NCBI GenBank assembly: GCA_041737385.1
Contig: JBGSRU010000002.1
Span: 205,437-269,436, forward strand
From: Candidatus Saccharimonadales bacterium
GTDB lineage: Bacteria > Patescibacteriota > Saccharimonadia > Saccharimonadales > SZUA-47
Length of the DNA stretch: 64,000 nucleotides
Direction: 5' to 3'
Shown: positions 52,950 through 62,991 of the stretch, piece after piece
Position numbering within the stretch: position 1 is the first letter of the stretch
Layout of the letters: every line of letters starts with the position of its first letter
Position numbers and translations under genes: made by a program
Notes under the pieces: generated by a model
The model's input: only the letters and a program-made list of their open reading frames with translations
What the model was told of the DNA's origin: nothing
Database searches by the model: none

Positions 52950-53555
52950 TTGTCAGCATTACCAAAAGCACTTGAAGATTTGATAACAGCTCTTGGTCAA
53001 TTACCAGGAGTAGGGCCAAGAAGCGCTGAAAGATACGCTTATTTTCTACTGAAAAATGATACTCACAAAAGTCTTAAACTCTCTCAAGCGTTAGATACAC
53101 TGCATAGCGGCGTAAAGCAGTGCCCTAAAACTTTTGCGCTAATAGATGCCAAAGATGACGTGTCATCTCTTTATGCTGATCCGAGTAGGGATAAAACTGT
53201 TGTTGCCCTTGTTGCTGATCCCTTCGACATTATTGCACTCGAAAAGACATCTTTGTTTAGGGGCACTTATCATGTGCTTGGTGGGCTTATTTCTCCAATA
53301 GACGGTATTGGGCCAGAACAGCTGCACATACCAGAGCTAAAAACTCGTATTGAAACTGACGAGGTTAGAGAAATAATTCTGGCTACAAATGCAAGTGTAG
53401 AGGGTGAAACGACTTCTTTGTATATCCAACAAGAACTTAATGGCTTTGATATTGCAGTGACAAGACTTGCCCGTGGGCTGCCAATTGGTGTTGATTTAGA
53501 ATATGCAGACCAAATCACTCTAGGAAGAGCTTTAGAAGGCCGGCAAAGTTTTTAG
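52950..53555 (+). CDS. recR: Recombination protein RecR (TTG start)
   Basis: LPGVGPRSAER.A helix-hairpin-helix and Toprim region (DP.D..A.E.T..F.G.YHVLGG.ISP). Confidence 0.9.
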   Translation: MSALPKALEDLITALGQLPGVGPRSAERYAYFLLKNDTHKSLKLSQALDTLHSGVKQCPKTFALIDAKDDVSSLYADPSRDKTVVALVADPFDIIALEKTSLFRGTYHVLGGLISPIDGIGPEQLHIPELKTRIETDEVREIILATNASVEGETTSLYIQQELNGFDIAVTRLARGLPIGVDLEYADQITLGRALEGRQSF

Positions 53556-53574
53556 AAGTGTTATACTAGCTACA

Positions 53575-54567
53575 ATGAACTATACAGACGTAAATGACGC
53601 TTTGCGGGATGCGCAACATGTTCTTGTTCTGCAGGCCGATAATCCTGATGGTGATTCAATTGGATCAGCCCTTGCGCTTGAAGCAATTTTATCTGAACTC
53701 GGAAAACGAGTAACACTTTCTTGTGCTGTTGATATTCCAGCCCATCTACGTTATCTAGATGGTTGGGCACGTGTCCAGAAAGAGCTACCTAAAGACGCAG
53801 ATGTCACTATAATCGTCGATACAAGCACCGAAACACTGTTTGAACACTATGAGAACAGTGGGAATATGGCATGGCTCAAGACAAAGCCTATTATTGTCAT
53901 TGATCACCATACCGAGACTGAAGGCATCTCCTATGCCACTACATCGATTATTGAAGGGGCCGTTGCAACAAGTGAAATAATTTATAGAATTGCCTTAGAG
54001 CTTGAATGGCCCCTACCAATCGATGCTTGCGATATGATGGCTGTATCAATAATGAGTGACAGTTTAGGACTAACTACAGATGCAACAACTCCAGAAAGCT
54101 TCCGTGTTATGGCAGATCTAGTTGAGCGTGGGGCGAGTTTAGCAAAGCTAGATAATGCCCGCCGAGAACTAATGCGTAAAGAGCCAGAACTCATTCCTTA
54201 TAAAGGACAGTTATTAGAGCGTGTTGCATTCGATGAATCGGGAAGAATTGCAAGTGTCGTCATTCCCTGGAAAGAAATTGAACGATACAGCCCGCTCTAC
54301 AATCCGTCTATGCTCGTTATGGATGATATGCGTTTGGTGGTTGGTGTTGATATCGCTATAGCCTACAAAGTCTACTTAGACGGTAAAATAACCGCTAAGA
54401 TACGCTGTAACTTTGGTAAAGCGATAGGATCAGATCTTGCTAAAGAATTCGGTGGAGGCGGTCATCCTTATGCATCTGGATTCAAAATAACTGATGGTCG
54501 TAAAATCGAAGATATTCATAGAGCTGTTACAGAAAAAGCCGGACTTTTACTTGACGAGGTGGCTTAA
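53575..54567 (+). CDS. DHH-family phosphoesterase (NrnA-like)
   Basis: DGDS.GS, VIDHH, and C-terminal GGGH..ASG motifs. Confidence 0.8.
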   Translation: MNYTDVNDALRDAQHVLVLQADNPDGDSIGSALALEAILSELGKRVTLSCAVDIPAHLRYLDGWARVQKELPKDADVTIIVDTSTETLFEHYENSGNMAWLKTKPIIVIDHHTETEGISYATTSIIEGAVATSEIIYRIALELEWPLPIDACDMMAVSIMSDSLGLTTDATTPESFRVMADLVERGASLAKLDNARRELMRKEPELIPYKGQLLERVAFDESGRIASVVIPWKEIERYSPLYNPSMLVMDDMRLVVGVDIAIAYKVYLDGKITAKIRCNFGKAIGSDLAKEFGGGGHPYASGFKITDGRKIEDIHRAVTEKAGLLLDEVA

Positions 54568-54571
54568 AAAA

Positions 54572-55981
54572 ATGATTAAATTATATAACACCCTCACTCG
54601 ATCAGTTAATGAACTACAGACTATTGATGATAAGAAAGTTCGTTTTTATACTTGCGGATTAACCGTATATAGTCAGCCACATATCGGCAACTGGGTAGGC
54701 TATATTTATTGGGACGTTCTCACTAAAGTGTTAGAAGCAGCCGATTACGAAGTAGACCGCGTCCAAAATATAACTGACGTTGGGCATCTTGTGAGTGATG
54801 ATGATAACGGTGAAGACAAAATGGAAAAAGGTGCACAGCGCGAAGGATTAACCGCTTGGGAGGTCGCAGATAAATACATAAAGATCGCCGAACATGAAGG
54901 ATATGAACTGCTTGGTTTAAAACACCCCCGCTTAGTACGAGCAACTGATTGTATTGCTGAGCAAATACAATTCGTCAAGAAACTTGAAGAAAAAGGCTTT
55001 ACGTATGTAATACCAGATGAAGGGGTATATTTTGATACAAGCAAGCTAAATGATTACGGTAAACTTGCTCGAATAGATGTCGATGGGTTAGAAGCTGGCA
55101 GTAGAGTTGCCTTTAAAAATAAGCGTACTATTACTGATTTTGCACTGTGGAAATTTTCTCCGTCGGACCAGACAAGAGACATGGAGTGGGAGTCACCGTG
55201 GGGCAAAGGATTCCCAGGCTGGCATCTTGAATGCTCAGTAATAGCTATGGAAAATTTAGGAAGTAGCATAGATATCCACGCTGGTGGCGTCGACCATATT
55301 CCAATTCATCATACGAATGAAATAGCTCAGACTGAATCTTTAACAGGGAAGACATTTTCTACGTTCTGGATTCACAATAATCACCTCAAGGTAGATGGTA
55401 GAAAAATGTCAAAGTCACGCGGTAACATTTACACCCTAGAAGATATTTTAGACAGGGGATACAACATAGAAGCTTTTAAGTTGCTCATATTGTCAAAAAA
55501 CTATCACACAGAGGGAAATTTTACTTGGGAGATCATGGACGCCGCACAGAATAGACTAAAAGAGCTTTACGCATGGGCAGATAGAAGGCATCAACCAACA
55601 ATCGATGAAATGCCTGAGGAACTAGATCTTTTATGGAAAAGGACGAGAGAGACCATCGACGAGCGATTAAGTGATAATCTAGATACTTCTGGTGCTCTAG
55701 CGGCGCTGTCAAACATAGTTAACTGGATGAAAGATCGAGAGATCCCAAGGAATGATGGTAAATATAGTGATGGTTCGCTTGCAAAGTTAGATAGTATTTT
55801 CGGTCTAGGACTTAACAATAGACCAGATATTACTGAAGCTCAGAAAGAACTACTTCAGAAGCGATATGCTGCAAGAGTTAATAAAGACTGGGCTGCTGCT
55901 GATGATATTAGATCGCAATTAGAGAGTGAGAACTTAGGTGTACGAGATGTGAGCTTCGGACAGATTTGGTTTAGATTGTAA
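54572..55981 (+). CDS. cysS: Cysteine--tRNA ligase
   Basis: MIKLYNTLTR start, HIGN and KMSKS motifs. Start placed at ATG 54572 rather than the overlapping upstream start. Confidence 0.95.
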   Translation: MIKLYNTLTRSVNELQTIDDKKVRFYTCGLTVYSQPHIGNWVGYIYWDVLTKVLEAADYEVDRVQNITDVGHLVSDDDNGEDKMEKGAQREGLTAWEVADKYIKIAEHEGYELLGLKHPRLVRATDCIAEQIQFVKKLEEKGFTYVIPDEGVYFDTSKLNDYGKLARIDVDGLEAGSRVAFKNKRTITDFALWKFSPSDQTRDMEWESPWGKGFPGWHLECSVIAMENLGSSIDIHAGGVDHIPIHHTNEIAQTESLTGKTFSTFWIHNNHLKVDGRKMSKSRGNIYTLEDILDRGYNIEAFKLLILSKNYHTEGNFTWEIMDAAQNRLKELYAWADRRHQPTIDEMPEELDLLWKRTRETIDERLSDNLDTSGALAALSNIVNWMKDREIPRNDGKYSDGSLAKLDSIFGLGLNNRPDITEAQKELLQKRYAARVNKDWAAADDIRSQLESENLGVRDVSFGQIWFRL

Positions 55982-55985
55982 GTTT

Positions 55986-57080
55986 TTAAACTTCTTTTAT
56001 CTCTTCTTTGTTCTCAAGGTAGTTATCGAGTAACACTTTCAGACAGCCAGCGGCAGGTATGGCGACGAATGCCCCGAGGATGCCACCAAACCCAACACCG
56101 AGAATAGCTGCAATGAACACTAACAGAGGGGTTAATTCATTGCCTTTCGATTGTATGTACGGTTGGATGGTAACATTTTCAACCTGTTGATAGATTATAA
56201 AATAAGCAGCCATAACAAGCGCAAGTGGGACACTCGCAAACAAACTAAATAAAACAACAGCAGCAGCCCCGAGAGTTGCTCCAAACATAGGAATCAACCC
56301 AAACAAGAATACAAGGCCACCAAGCGCAATTGCATTTATAGAGTTTACATCAAATATGGTTGTCGTTATGAGAATAGCGACAATTGCGAAGCTAGAACCT
56401 ATACCAGCTATGACCACCTGACCGTTAACATAGTTTTTCACGATACCGTACATTTTCAAGGCAATTTTTTTAGATCGAGCACGATTTTTGTGCGGAACTC
56501 GTTTCCAAAATGTTTCTGTCCATCGAGGACCCTCTATCAGCATCATAAACGTTAAGACTAACACGGTAAGTATAGAAATAAGGTTTGACACTACTCTGTT
56601 TGCGAGGGATACTGCTTGACCTCCAACAGATGAAAAATCTGAAGCCCAGTTTCGTGCAAATTCATTCACTTGGTCTTCAAGTTCATATCTTCTTACAAAA
56701 TCTCCAACAGCACCCTCGTTGTTATTTAAATCTTCAACAGTCTGAGGCACGTCGTTGATGAATTCTCTTGTTTGATTTATTAGAGGAGGTAAAACGAGGA
56801 AGAAAAAACCAATGAGAACAGACATAACTGCAACATATGCGATTGCTGTTGCTTTAGTTCTATCTTTACTTTTTAGCTTTTTTGATACCCAATTTACCGC
56901 TTGATTTAACGCCAGTGCTAGGAAAAAAGACACAAAAATAAGCGTCAGAGGGTGAATAATATTCTCAAAAAATCGTACTAGTAAAATAGTTGCTATACCA
57001 AACCCAATAACTCTCACAATTGTATTATTAGAAATAGTTATTTCTAGCGCTTTTTTATCTTTATTAAACATATAGGCCAT
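55986..57080 (-). CDS. AI-2E family (PerM-like) transporter
   Basis: 364 aa with about 8 TM segments and the typical family layout. Confidence 0.8.
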   Translation of the reverse strand: MAYMFNKDKKALEITISNNTIVRVIGFGIATILLVRFFENIIHPLTLIFVSFFLALALNQAVNWVSKKLKSKDRTKATAIAYVAVMSVLIGFFFLVLPPLINQTREFINDVPQTVEDLNNNEGAVGDFVRRYELEDQVNEFARNWASDFSSVGGQAVSLANRVVSNLISILTVLVLTFMMLIEGPRWTETFWKRVPHKNRARSKKIALKMYGIVKNYVNGQVVIAGIGSSFAIVAILITTTIFDVNSINAIALGGLVFLFGLIPMFGATLGAAAVVLFSLFASVPLALVMAAYFIIYQQVENVTIQPYIQSKGNELTPLLVFIAAILGVGFGGILGAFVAIPAAGCLKVLLDNYLENKEEIKEV

Positions 57081-57116
57081 TATCGCTTGGTTTTATAATA
57101 AGCGCAAGTAGAAAAG

Positions 57117-58205
57117 TTATGTACCGTACGCGATAAGTAGTTGTTTAGTAATGGATTTTACATCATACAACTTAACTACGTCGTGCTGCGACCGACCAAT
57201 AGTTTCACGTTTTTTAACGTCAACTACAAATTCTTGTAGCTTCTCTGCGAACTCATCTAAATTGTTAGGATCAAATAATGTCTCAGGCCACTGTTCAAGT
57301 ACGCTTGTATAGCCAGGATTATTGCCTCCAATCGTAATACCAGCTCCAGCCGCCATTGCTTCTGCAAGCACTATCCCGAAGCTCTCACCACCCGTAGAAG
57401 GAAATACTGCAATATCTGCACTCGCGAGATACTGAGCTTTTTGTTCGTCTGTGACAAAGCCAGTAAATTGTATTCCGAGTTGTAATGCTTTTGATTCATT
57501 TTCTAGATTCTTCATAAGCGGACCTTTACCACAAAGAATAAGCTCAATGTTTTCCTTGCGTTTGACTATTTTATAAGCTTCTACTAACTGCTTCACTCCT
57601 TTACGCTCGTCGAAGCGTCCTAAGAATACAATTCTCGTTCTTGTATTCTTATTAGTAGTAGCGTGTTTGTTAAAAAAATTATAATCAACCGGATTAGCAA
57701 TGACTCTTCCGTCCAATCTAAATGTGTTTTTCATGAATAATAGGGCGGGTGGAGATACCGCGAAAACAGCGTCAAATCTTTTGTTACTACGATATAAAAT
57801 TGCCCCAAGTATTTTTGTGCCGATACGAGACACTGTACTGTAGGGAAGAATATGAAACGTACCAAAGATTTTGGTCGTTTTTGGCGCCATCTTCATAACG
57901 CGTGCTGACATTATTGGAGAGTAGGGCATCTGTACATGCAACACGTCAAAAGTTACTTCTTTGAATAATTTTTTAATAACTTTCTTAGATGACCAAATGG
58001 GTGTTCTAGTAGAGTTACCGTTAAATTTTAACGATATAATTTTTGCAATTGAATGAATGTTCTCAAGATCTGTTCTCTCTGTGTAAGGCACAATATAATG
58101 AACTTCATGACCAAGGCTGCGCATATTCTCAGCGATAGCTATTACTGCTTGCTGTACGCCATCACTCTTATCAAGCGTGTCGTCAAGTACATAGCCTATT
58201 GTCAC
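57117..58205 (-). CDS. GT4 glycosyltransferase
   Basis: 362 aa. C-terminal GGESFGIVLAEAMA motif of GT-B retaining enzymes. Confidence 0.85.
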   Translation of the reverse strand: MTIGYVLDDTLDKSDGVQQAVIAIAENMRSLGHEVHYIVPYTERTDLENIHSIAKIISLKFNGNSTRTPIWSSKKVIKKLFKEVTFDVLHVQMPYSPIMSARVMKMAPKTTKIFGTFHILPYSTVSRIGTKILGAILYRSNKRFDAVFAVSPPALLFMKNTFRLDGRVIANPVDYNFFNKHATTNKNTRTRIVFLGRFDERKGVKQLVEAYKIVKRKENIELILCGKGPLMKNLENESKALQLGIQFTGFVTDEQKAQYLASADIAVFPSTGGESFGIVLAEAMAAGAGITIGGNNPGYTSVLEQWPETLFDPNNLDEFAEKLQEFVVDVKKRETIGRSQHDVVKLYDVKSITKQLLIAYGT

Positions 58206-58846
58206 CTGAACTTCACTCCCGTTTCTACAGATGCATTCGGCCCGTTTACAATTAGTACTTGATCGTCGTTTAACTTGATGACATTTCTTCCTTTGGAGGC
58301 GTGCGTTTTTTGCATCTTCCTAACAATATCCTCATCTTCTGGATCGTCACAGTGTGGTATGACTACGTCATCAATTATTGCAAGGCCCTCATAAGGAAAT
58401 TCAGGCAAACCAATAAGATAGTCGTTGTCCTCGTAAACCTCAATCGAAGGCCCAGTGATATACGCACCGGCACTTTCTCCAATATAGGTCTTGCAAGCTT
58501 CTAGAAATTCGTCAAGTATGTTGTCAAATCCGCTATGAACCATCGCTATACGAAGTGCCGGTGTACTCCCACCCGCGCAAAATAGTGCATCAGAAGACAA
58601 CAAAATACTTCTCAGTTTTTGTTGATCTGCATAGTAATCACGTAAATCAACGTAGGTAATTTTCTTGAACCCTAACTGTTTAAGATCTACATCAAGTAAA
58701 TCGTGCTTTTCTGATCTTGATTCTGCGTCTTTATAATCTTTTGCATTTTCAACAACTGCTAGCTTTATTTGTTCGAATGGAGCTCCTAGTAAATTAACCA
58801 GCTTCTTGGTTGTAGGGATTCTATAAGAGCTTAAGTACAACTTCAT
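58202..58846 (-). CDS. Peptidase S51 (dipeptidase E-like) / class I glutamine-amidotransferase-like protein
   Basis: 214 aa. GGSTPAL and GESAGA motifs. 4-nt overlaps with both neighbours. Confidence 0.65.
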   Translation of the reverse strand: MKLYLSSYRIPTTKKLVNLLGAPFEQIKLAVVENAKDYKDAESRSEKHDLLDVDLKQLGFKKITYVDLRDYYADQQKLRSILLSSDALFCAGGSTPALRIAMVHSGFDNILDEFLEACKTYIGESAGAYITGPSIEVYEDNDYLIGLPEFPYEGLAIIDDVVIPHCDDPEDEDIVRKMQKTHASKGRNVIKLNDDQVLIVNGPNASVETGVKFR

Positions 58847-59955
58847 GACAAATGTTTTTTATATAGTGCTTCGTATTGATCGACAACACGTTCGTAATCA
58901 AATTGTTTGACGTACTGTTTTGCCCATTTTTGCCACGTAGCCCGCAACTTATCATCTTCCATCATGAGCTGTAATCTATCTGCGTATGCTTTTATGTCGT
59001 GCACATCAACGAGCGAAAGTCGACCTGTTTCTTTCAGGACCCATATGTAACCTTCGTTTTGGTGCGCGACAGTCGGTGCTTCGAACGCCATTGCTTCTGC
59101 GAGTACAATTCCAAAGCTTTCGCCGTAAAGAGCAGGGGAAGTATATACTCCACATGTTCTCATATAATGAAACTTTTCTTTGTCGGTAATTCTTCCAAGA
59201 AACGTTACATCTTCTATATCATTACGCTCAACATAAAACTCTAATGATTCTCTTAGTGGTCCTGCACCTGCGATAACTAACTTTGCGTCAGGATTTCTTT
59301 CTTTGACTTTTTCAAAGGCCTTGATTGCATAAAGCGCACCCTTGCGTTTTTCTAATCTACCGATAAAGAAGATCATATTTTTATCACGCTGTTCAGCATT
59401 TTTGGATTTCATTTTATCGAGCATGATTCCGTTTGGAATATAAGTGATATCATCAGGATCAACAGCCCCATTAATATAGCCAATTGCAGCTGGTGTTACT
59501 GCAGTAATAACATCAATGTAGGGCATAACTGTTTTAAAATAAGTTCGATATGTTCGGACTAGTGTTTTGCCGATAGTATTTCCAGGAAGCGCAGCGTGAA
59601 AAGTTCCAACCCTCAAACAATCAACTCTCGGCAAAATTTGCCTAGCTAGCAACGGTATTGCAGGTTCATGCACGTGAATAACATCATAGCCTTTAGAAAG
59701 TTCTGCATCTACTGCGTCTACGTCAACTGATATTGATATATCTCCGCTTGTCGCACTGGGCGTCTTTATTCTGGTTGAGCCACCGACAAAAACAACTCCT
59801 CTAGGTATTTTTTTATCCTCATGCCCTCGAGGTTTTGGAGTGATTATAGAAACCTTATGACCACGTTTTCGTAGTATTTGCGCTTGGTACTGGACATGTT
59901 CTTGTACACCGCCTGGCTGAAAAATGTTGTAAGGACAAACTATGCCTATCTTCAT
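58843..59955 (-). CDS. GT4 glycosyltransferase
   Basis: 370 aa. YGESFGIVLAEAMA motif. Confidence 0.85.
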   Translation of the reverse strand: MKIGIVCPYNIFQPGGVQEHVQYQAQILRKRGHKVSIITPKPRGHEDKKIPRGVVFVGGSTRIKTPSATSGDISISVDVDAVDAELSKGYDVIHVHEPAIPLLARQILPRVDCLRVGTFHAALPGNTIGKTLVRTYRTYFKTVMPYIDVITAVTPAAIGYINGAVDPDDITYIPNGIMLDKMKSKNAEQRDKNMIFFIGRLEKRKGALYAIKAFEKVKERNPDAKLVIAGAGPLRESLEFYVERNDIEDVTFLGRITDKEKFHYMRTCGVYTSPALYGESFGIVLAEAMAFEAPTVAHQNEGYIWVLKETGRLSLVDVHDIKAYADRLQLMMEDDKLRATWQKWAKQYVKQFDYERVVDQYEALYKKHLS

Positions 59956-60890
59956 GATAATAACTTCCTCAGCTTCTTCGGAACGAACGGTGCTGCTTCT
60001 TCTTTTGATGCAACAACACTTGGTGCATGGTTCGGAAGAATCGCTTTATATTCAGTATAATCTGTAAAAATAACACGCATATGTTGTTCGACGACAGCAT
60101 TATCAAAGTACTGGTCACCATTAACTGACACATGATGAACTGGGAGGTTTATCTGTTTATGGCAATTATCTAACGTTATCATTGCAATCAGCATCTCCAT
60201 ATATGTTCGTACGTCGTTTTCTCTCCACAATATAACTTCAAACTCTTTTGCTCGCCTCGCTTCATCCTTGGTTAAATGAGCAAATTTCTTTCGTGCATTT
60301 GGTGTTTGAGCGTAAAATGTCCCAACTATTGAAGGGTGTAGAATGACATTATAAAAAAACGCTGCCGGAATACGACGTTTGAATACTTGTCCGAATACCC
60401 AGTATAGGTTACCAACACGTTGGCTGACTTTAAAATCATCTTTTCTGGTGAAGCCAACCATGCTCACAACAACATCAACTTTTTTTTGTAGTTCAGGATA
60501 TCTCTGAAGCATCCTGGTTGCTATAACAAATCCGAGCGACATACCAATTATCGTCACCTTTTTTCGGTTATATCGCAACTTAACAAATGTCGCTAAGTAA
60601 TCAGCCATAGTATCTAAAGTTGGCTTCATACCTATGGTGTAGAAACTATCCATACCGCCACATCCAGGAAGATCTGGTAGAGTAATATTGCCGTATTGGC
60701 TGAACTCGTCGGCTAGGCCATACACTCTTTCAATGCTGGCATGGTGGCCATAAAGCATTAATATCTCTCGCTTCGATGAACTAGAGCTTTTAATTCGAAG
60801 CATCCGGCCTTTGAGCCCGTTGATATTCAATGGTTGAATGTTTGAATTAATTTCAGTATAGTTACTGAAAATACGACTTTTTTGCATCAT
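59952..60890 (-). CDS. Alpha/beta hydrolase
   Basis: 312 aa. MLYGHHAS region and nucleophile elbow GMSLG. Confidence 0.6.
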   Translation of the reverse strand: MMQKSRIFSNYTEINSNIQPLNINGLKGRMLRIKSSSSSKREILMLYGHHASIERVYGLADEFSQYGNITLPDLPGCGGMDSFYTIGMKPTLDTMADYLATFVKLRYNRKKVTIIGMSLGFVIATRMLQRYPELQKKVDVVVSMVGFTRKDDFKVSQRVGNLYWVFGQVFKRRIPAAFFYNVILHPSIVGTFYAQTPNARKKFAHLTKDEARRAKEFEVILWRENDVRTYMEMLIAMITLDNCHKQINLPVHHVSVNGDQYFDNAVVEQHMRVIFTDYTEYKAILPNHAPSVVASKEEAAPFVPKKLRKLLS

Positions 60891-60980
60891 AATTATTTAT
60901 ATAACAGATTACAGTAAAAATGATTTGTTTACTAGTCTTGAGTAATAGTTAATAAGAGTTCTTGCTATACTAGATACTAC

Positions 60981-61763
60981 ATGAAACAAAAGAAACTATA
61001 TTTCTATGCAACATTTATACTTGTGCTGATTGGGAGTGTTTTGTTATTTATGAGTTCTCGCTCAGCTGAGCGAATCACCGAGTCCTCATTACAGGATGAA
61101 TCTTCGCAAGAAATTTCAGGTTCAAAAGATCAAGCATCCAACGCATTTGATGCAGAACAGTTCAGCTTAACTAACCCATCAAGTGTATGGTTTGTGGCGA
61201 ATAAGCATTTCTCATTACCTCAAGATTACGTCCCCGCTAATCTTGTTGTTCTTGATGTGTCGTTACGGTTGGCACCGAGTGCAGAGCAAATGCAGATTAG
61301 CGACGTTGCCGCAGAAGATCTAATAAAATTATTCGAAGCTGCAGAAGCAGAAGGATTGCAACTACAGTTTGGAAGTGGTTACCGTTCGGCAAGTTTACAG
61401 AAGCAATTTTACGATGCTTATGTCGCTACTGATGGAGAATCTGCAGCAGACACCTACAGCGCTCGTCCTGGGCATAGTGAGCACCAGACAGGCCTTGCAA
61501 TCGATTTCACAAGAATTGACGGAAGCTGCCATTTAGAGGCGTGTTTTGGTGAGCTTCCTGAAGGCACATGGTTGGCTCAAAATGCTCATTTATATGGATT
61601 CATCCTACGCTACCCAGAGAATCTAGATATTATTACAGGATATACTTTTGAACCATGGCACTTCCGCTACGTCGGTATTGATCTGGCAACTGAAATGTAT
61701 AAACAAAACATACAAACCCTTGAAGAGTTTTTTGAGCTAGCACCAGCTACTACTTATCTTTAG
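60981..61763 (+). CDS. D-alanyl-D-alanine carboxypeptidase, VanY/M15B-like, membrane anchored
   Basis: SGYRS...Q, HSEHQTGLAIDF and EPWHFRYVG motifs. Confidence 0.8.
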   Translation: MKQKKLYFYATFILVLIGSVLLFMSSRSAERITESSLQDESSQEISGSKDQASNAFDAEQFSLTNPSSVWFVANKHFSLPQDYVPANLVVLDVSLRLAPSAEQMQISDVAAEDLIKLFEAAEAEGLQLQFGSGYRSASLQKQFYDAYVATDGESAADTYSARPGHSEHQTGLAIDFTRIDGSCHLEACFGELPEGTWLAQNAHLYGFILRYPENLDIITGYTFEPWHFRYVGIDLATEMYKQNIQTLEEFFELAPATTYL

Positions 61764-62987
61764 CTACAATCCAAAATCTTTTAGATACAGTCGCTTCACT
61801 TCAGTAAATGAGTTTAGGATAGTATCGATTTTTGCTTCTTGTTCAGCTAATGTCGTCTGTGATGATAATTGTGATTTTGCAAACAACTCTGCAGAACGCT
61901 CGACAGGCAATAGTTCGAAATTCTTTCTTTTAAGTAAGTCTTCTCGTACCGCTTCATCGGCTGTCCATTCATAATGCATGTAAATCGGGACGTAGCCTAC
62001 TGACTGGACAACTCCAGTTGTAGAATCAATATCGATGACACCCACACTACTAAAAAGTGATTCTGCGCCAATTTGCGTCTGTAGAAAGTTCCCGAGGCTA
62101 TACCAAACAACTGTACTGTTCCCATTGGTGCCTTGGAGACGCTTGACTGGCTCTAATACATGCGGACCGTGCCCAAGTACTAGTGATACCCCTATATCAG
62201 CAAGATACTGGCTCTCTTGCTCCTGTTGCGCGTTTATGGTCTGTGAATATTCGGTGCCCCAACGCATGCTGGCAATAACGAACTTCACACCATTTTGCTT
62301 TGCTTCTGCTACTTGAGCGCTCACTACTTCTCGACTGTACATATTCACGGAGTAGGAGGTGCTAGGAGCAGTGTTACTATACGTTGTATAAGCGAGAAAC
62401 GCATATTTCAATCCTTTAACTTCGAAATATTTTATCTCTTTTTGCTCAGCCTCACTACGGTTCTGTCCAGCTACTGCGAGTATGTTTGGGATTGTCTCCC
62501 AGAGTGCAGTATTGGCATCTATAACTTTTTGGGTTTTATCACTGCTATGGTTTGATGCGGTGTTGATAAGGTTACACCCTACAGCTGCTATATCTCGAGC
62601 AAGCGCTTCAGGAGCATTAAATGAAGGGTAGCCAGTGATAGGGAACTGTTCTCCGCCAATGAGTGTCGATTGATTGCAAAACCTAATATCTGCAGACTCC
62701 AAAATTGGCTTCATCTGATCCATAAATGACGTGTAGCTATAAGTATCATCATCTAATTCTGCAGCGAGGTTCAAAGAATCATGGCCGATAATGTCTCCTG
62801 CTGCAAGAAGGCGTGTTGTGTTGCTGGGAGATTTCTGTAGTGATGTTTGGTCTGAAGCAGCATCAATGGAGCTAGACGCAGATTGGTCAGAAGAGTTTGT
62901 ACTAGTGACTCGAAAATATACAAAAATACCGAATGCAATAATTAGTAGGAAGCTTCCGAGGCTCACAAATTTTTTTTTAGTAGTCAT
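61764..62987 (-). CDS. CapA-family metallophosphatase-like protein (PGA_cap)
   Basis: 407 aa. N-terminal anchor, AAGDI..H... region and GHGPHV motif. Confidence 0.75.
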   Translation of the reverse strand: MTTKKKFVSLGSFLLIIAFGIFVYFRVTSTNSSDQSASSSIDAASDQTSLQKSPSNTTRLLAAGDIIGHDSLNLAAELDDDTYSYTSFMDQMKPILESADIRFCNQSTLIGGEQFPITGYPSFNAPEALARDIAAVGCNLINTASNHSSDKTQKVIDANTALWETIPNILAVAGQNRSEAEQKEIKYFEVKGLKYAFLAYTTYSNTAPSTSYSVNMYSREVVSAQVAEAKQNGVKFVIASMRWGTEYSQTINAQQEQESQYLADIGVSLVLGHGPHVLEPVKRLQGTNGNSTVVWYSLGNFLQTQIGAESLFSSVGVIDIDSTTGVVQSVGYVPIYMHYEWTADEAVREDLLKRKNFELLPVERSAELFAKSQLSSQTTLAEQEAKIDTILNSFTEVKRLYLKDFGL

Positions 62988-62991
62988 AGTT

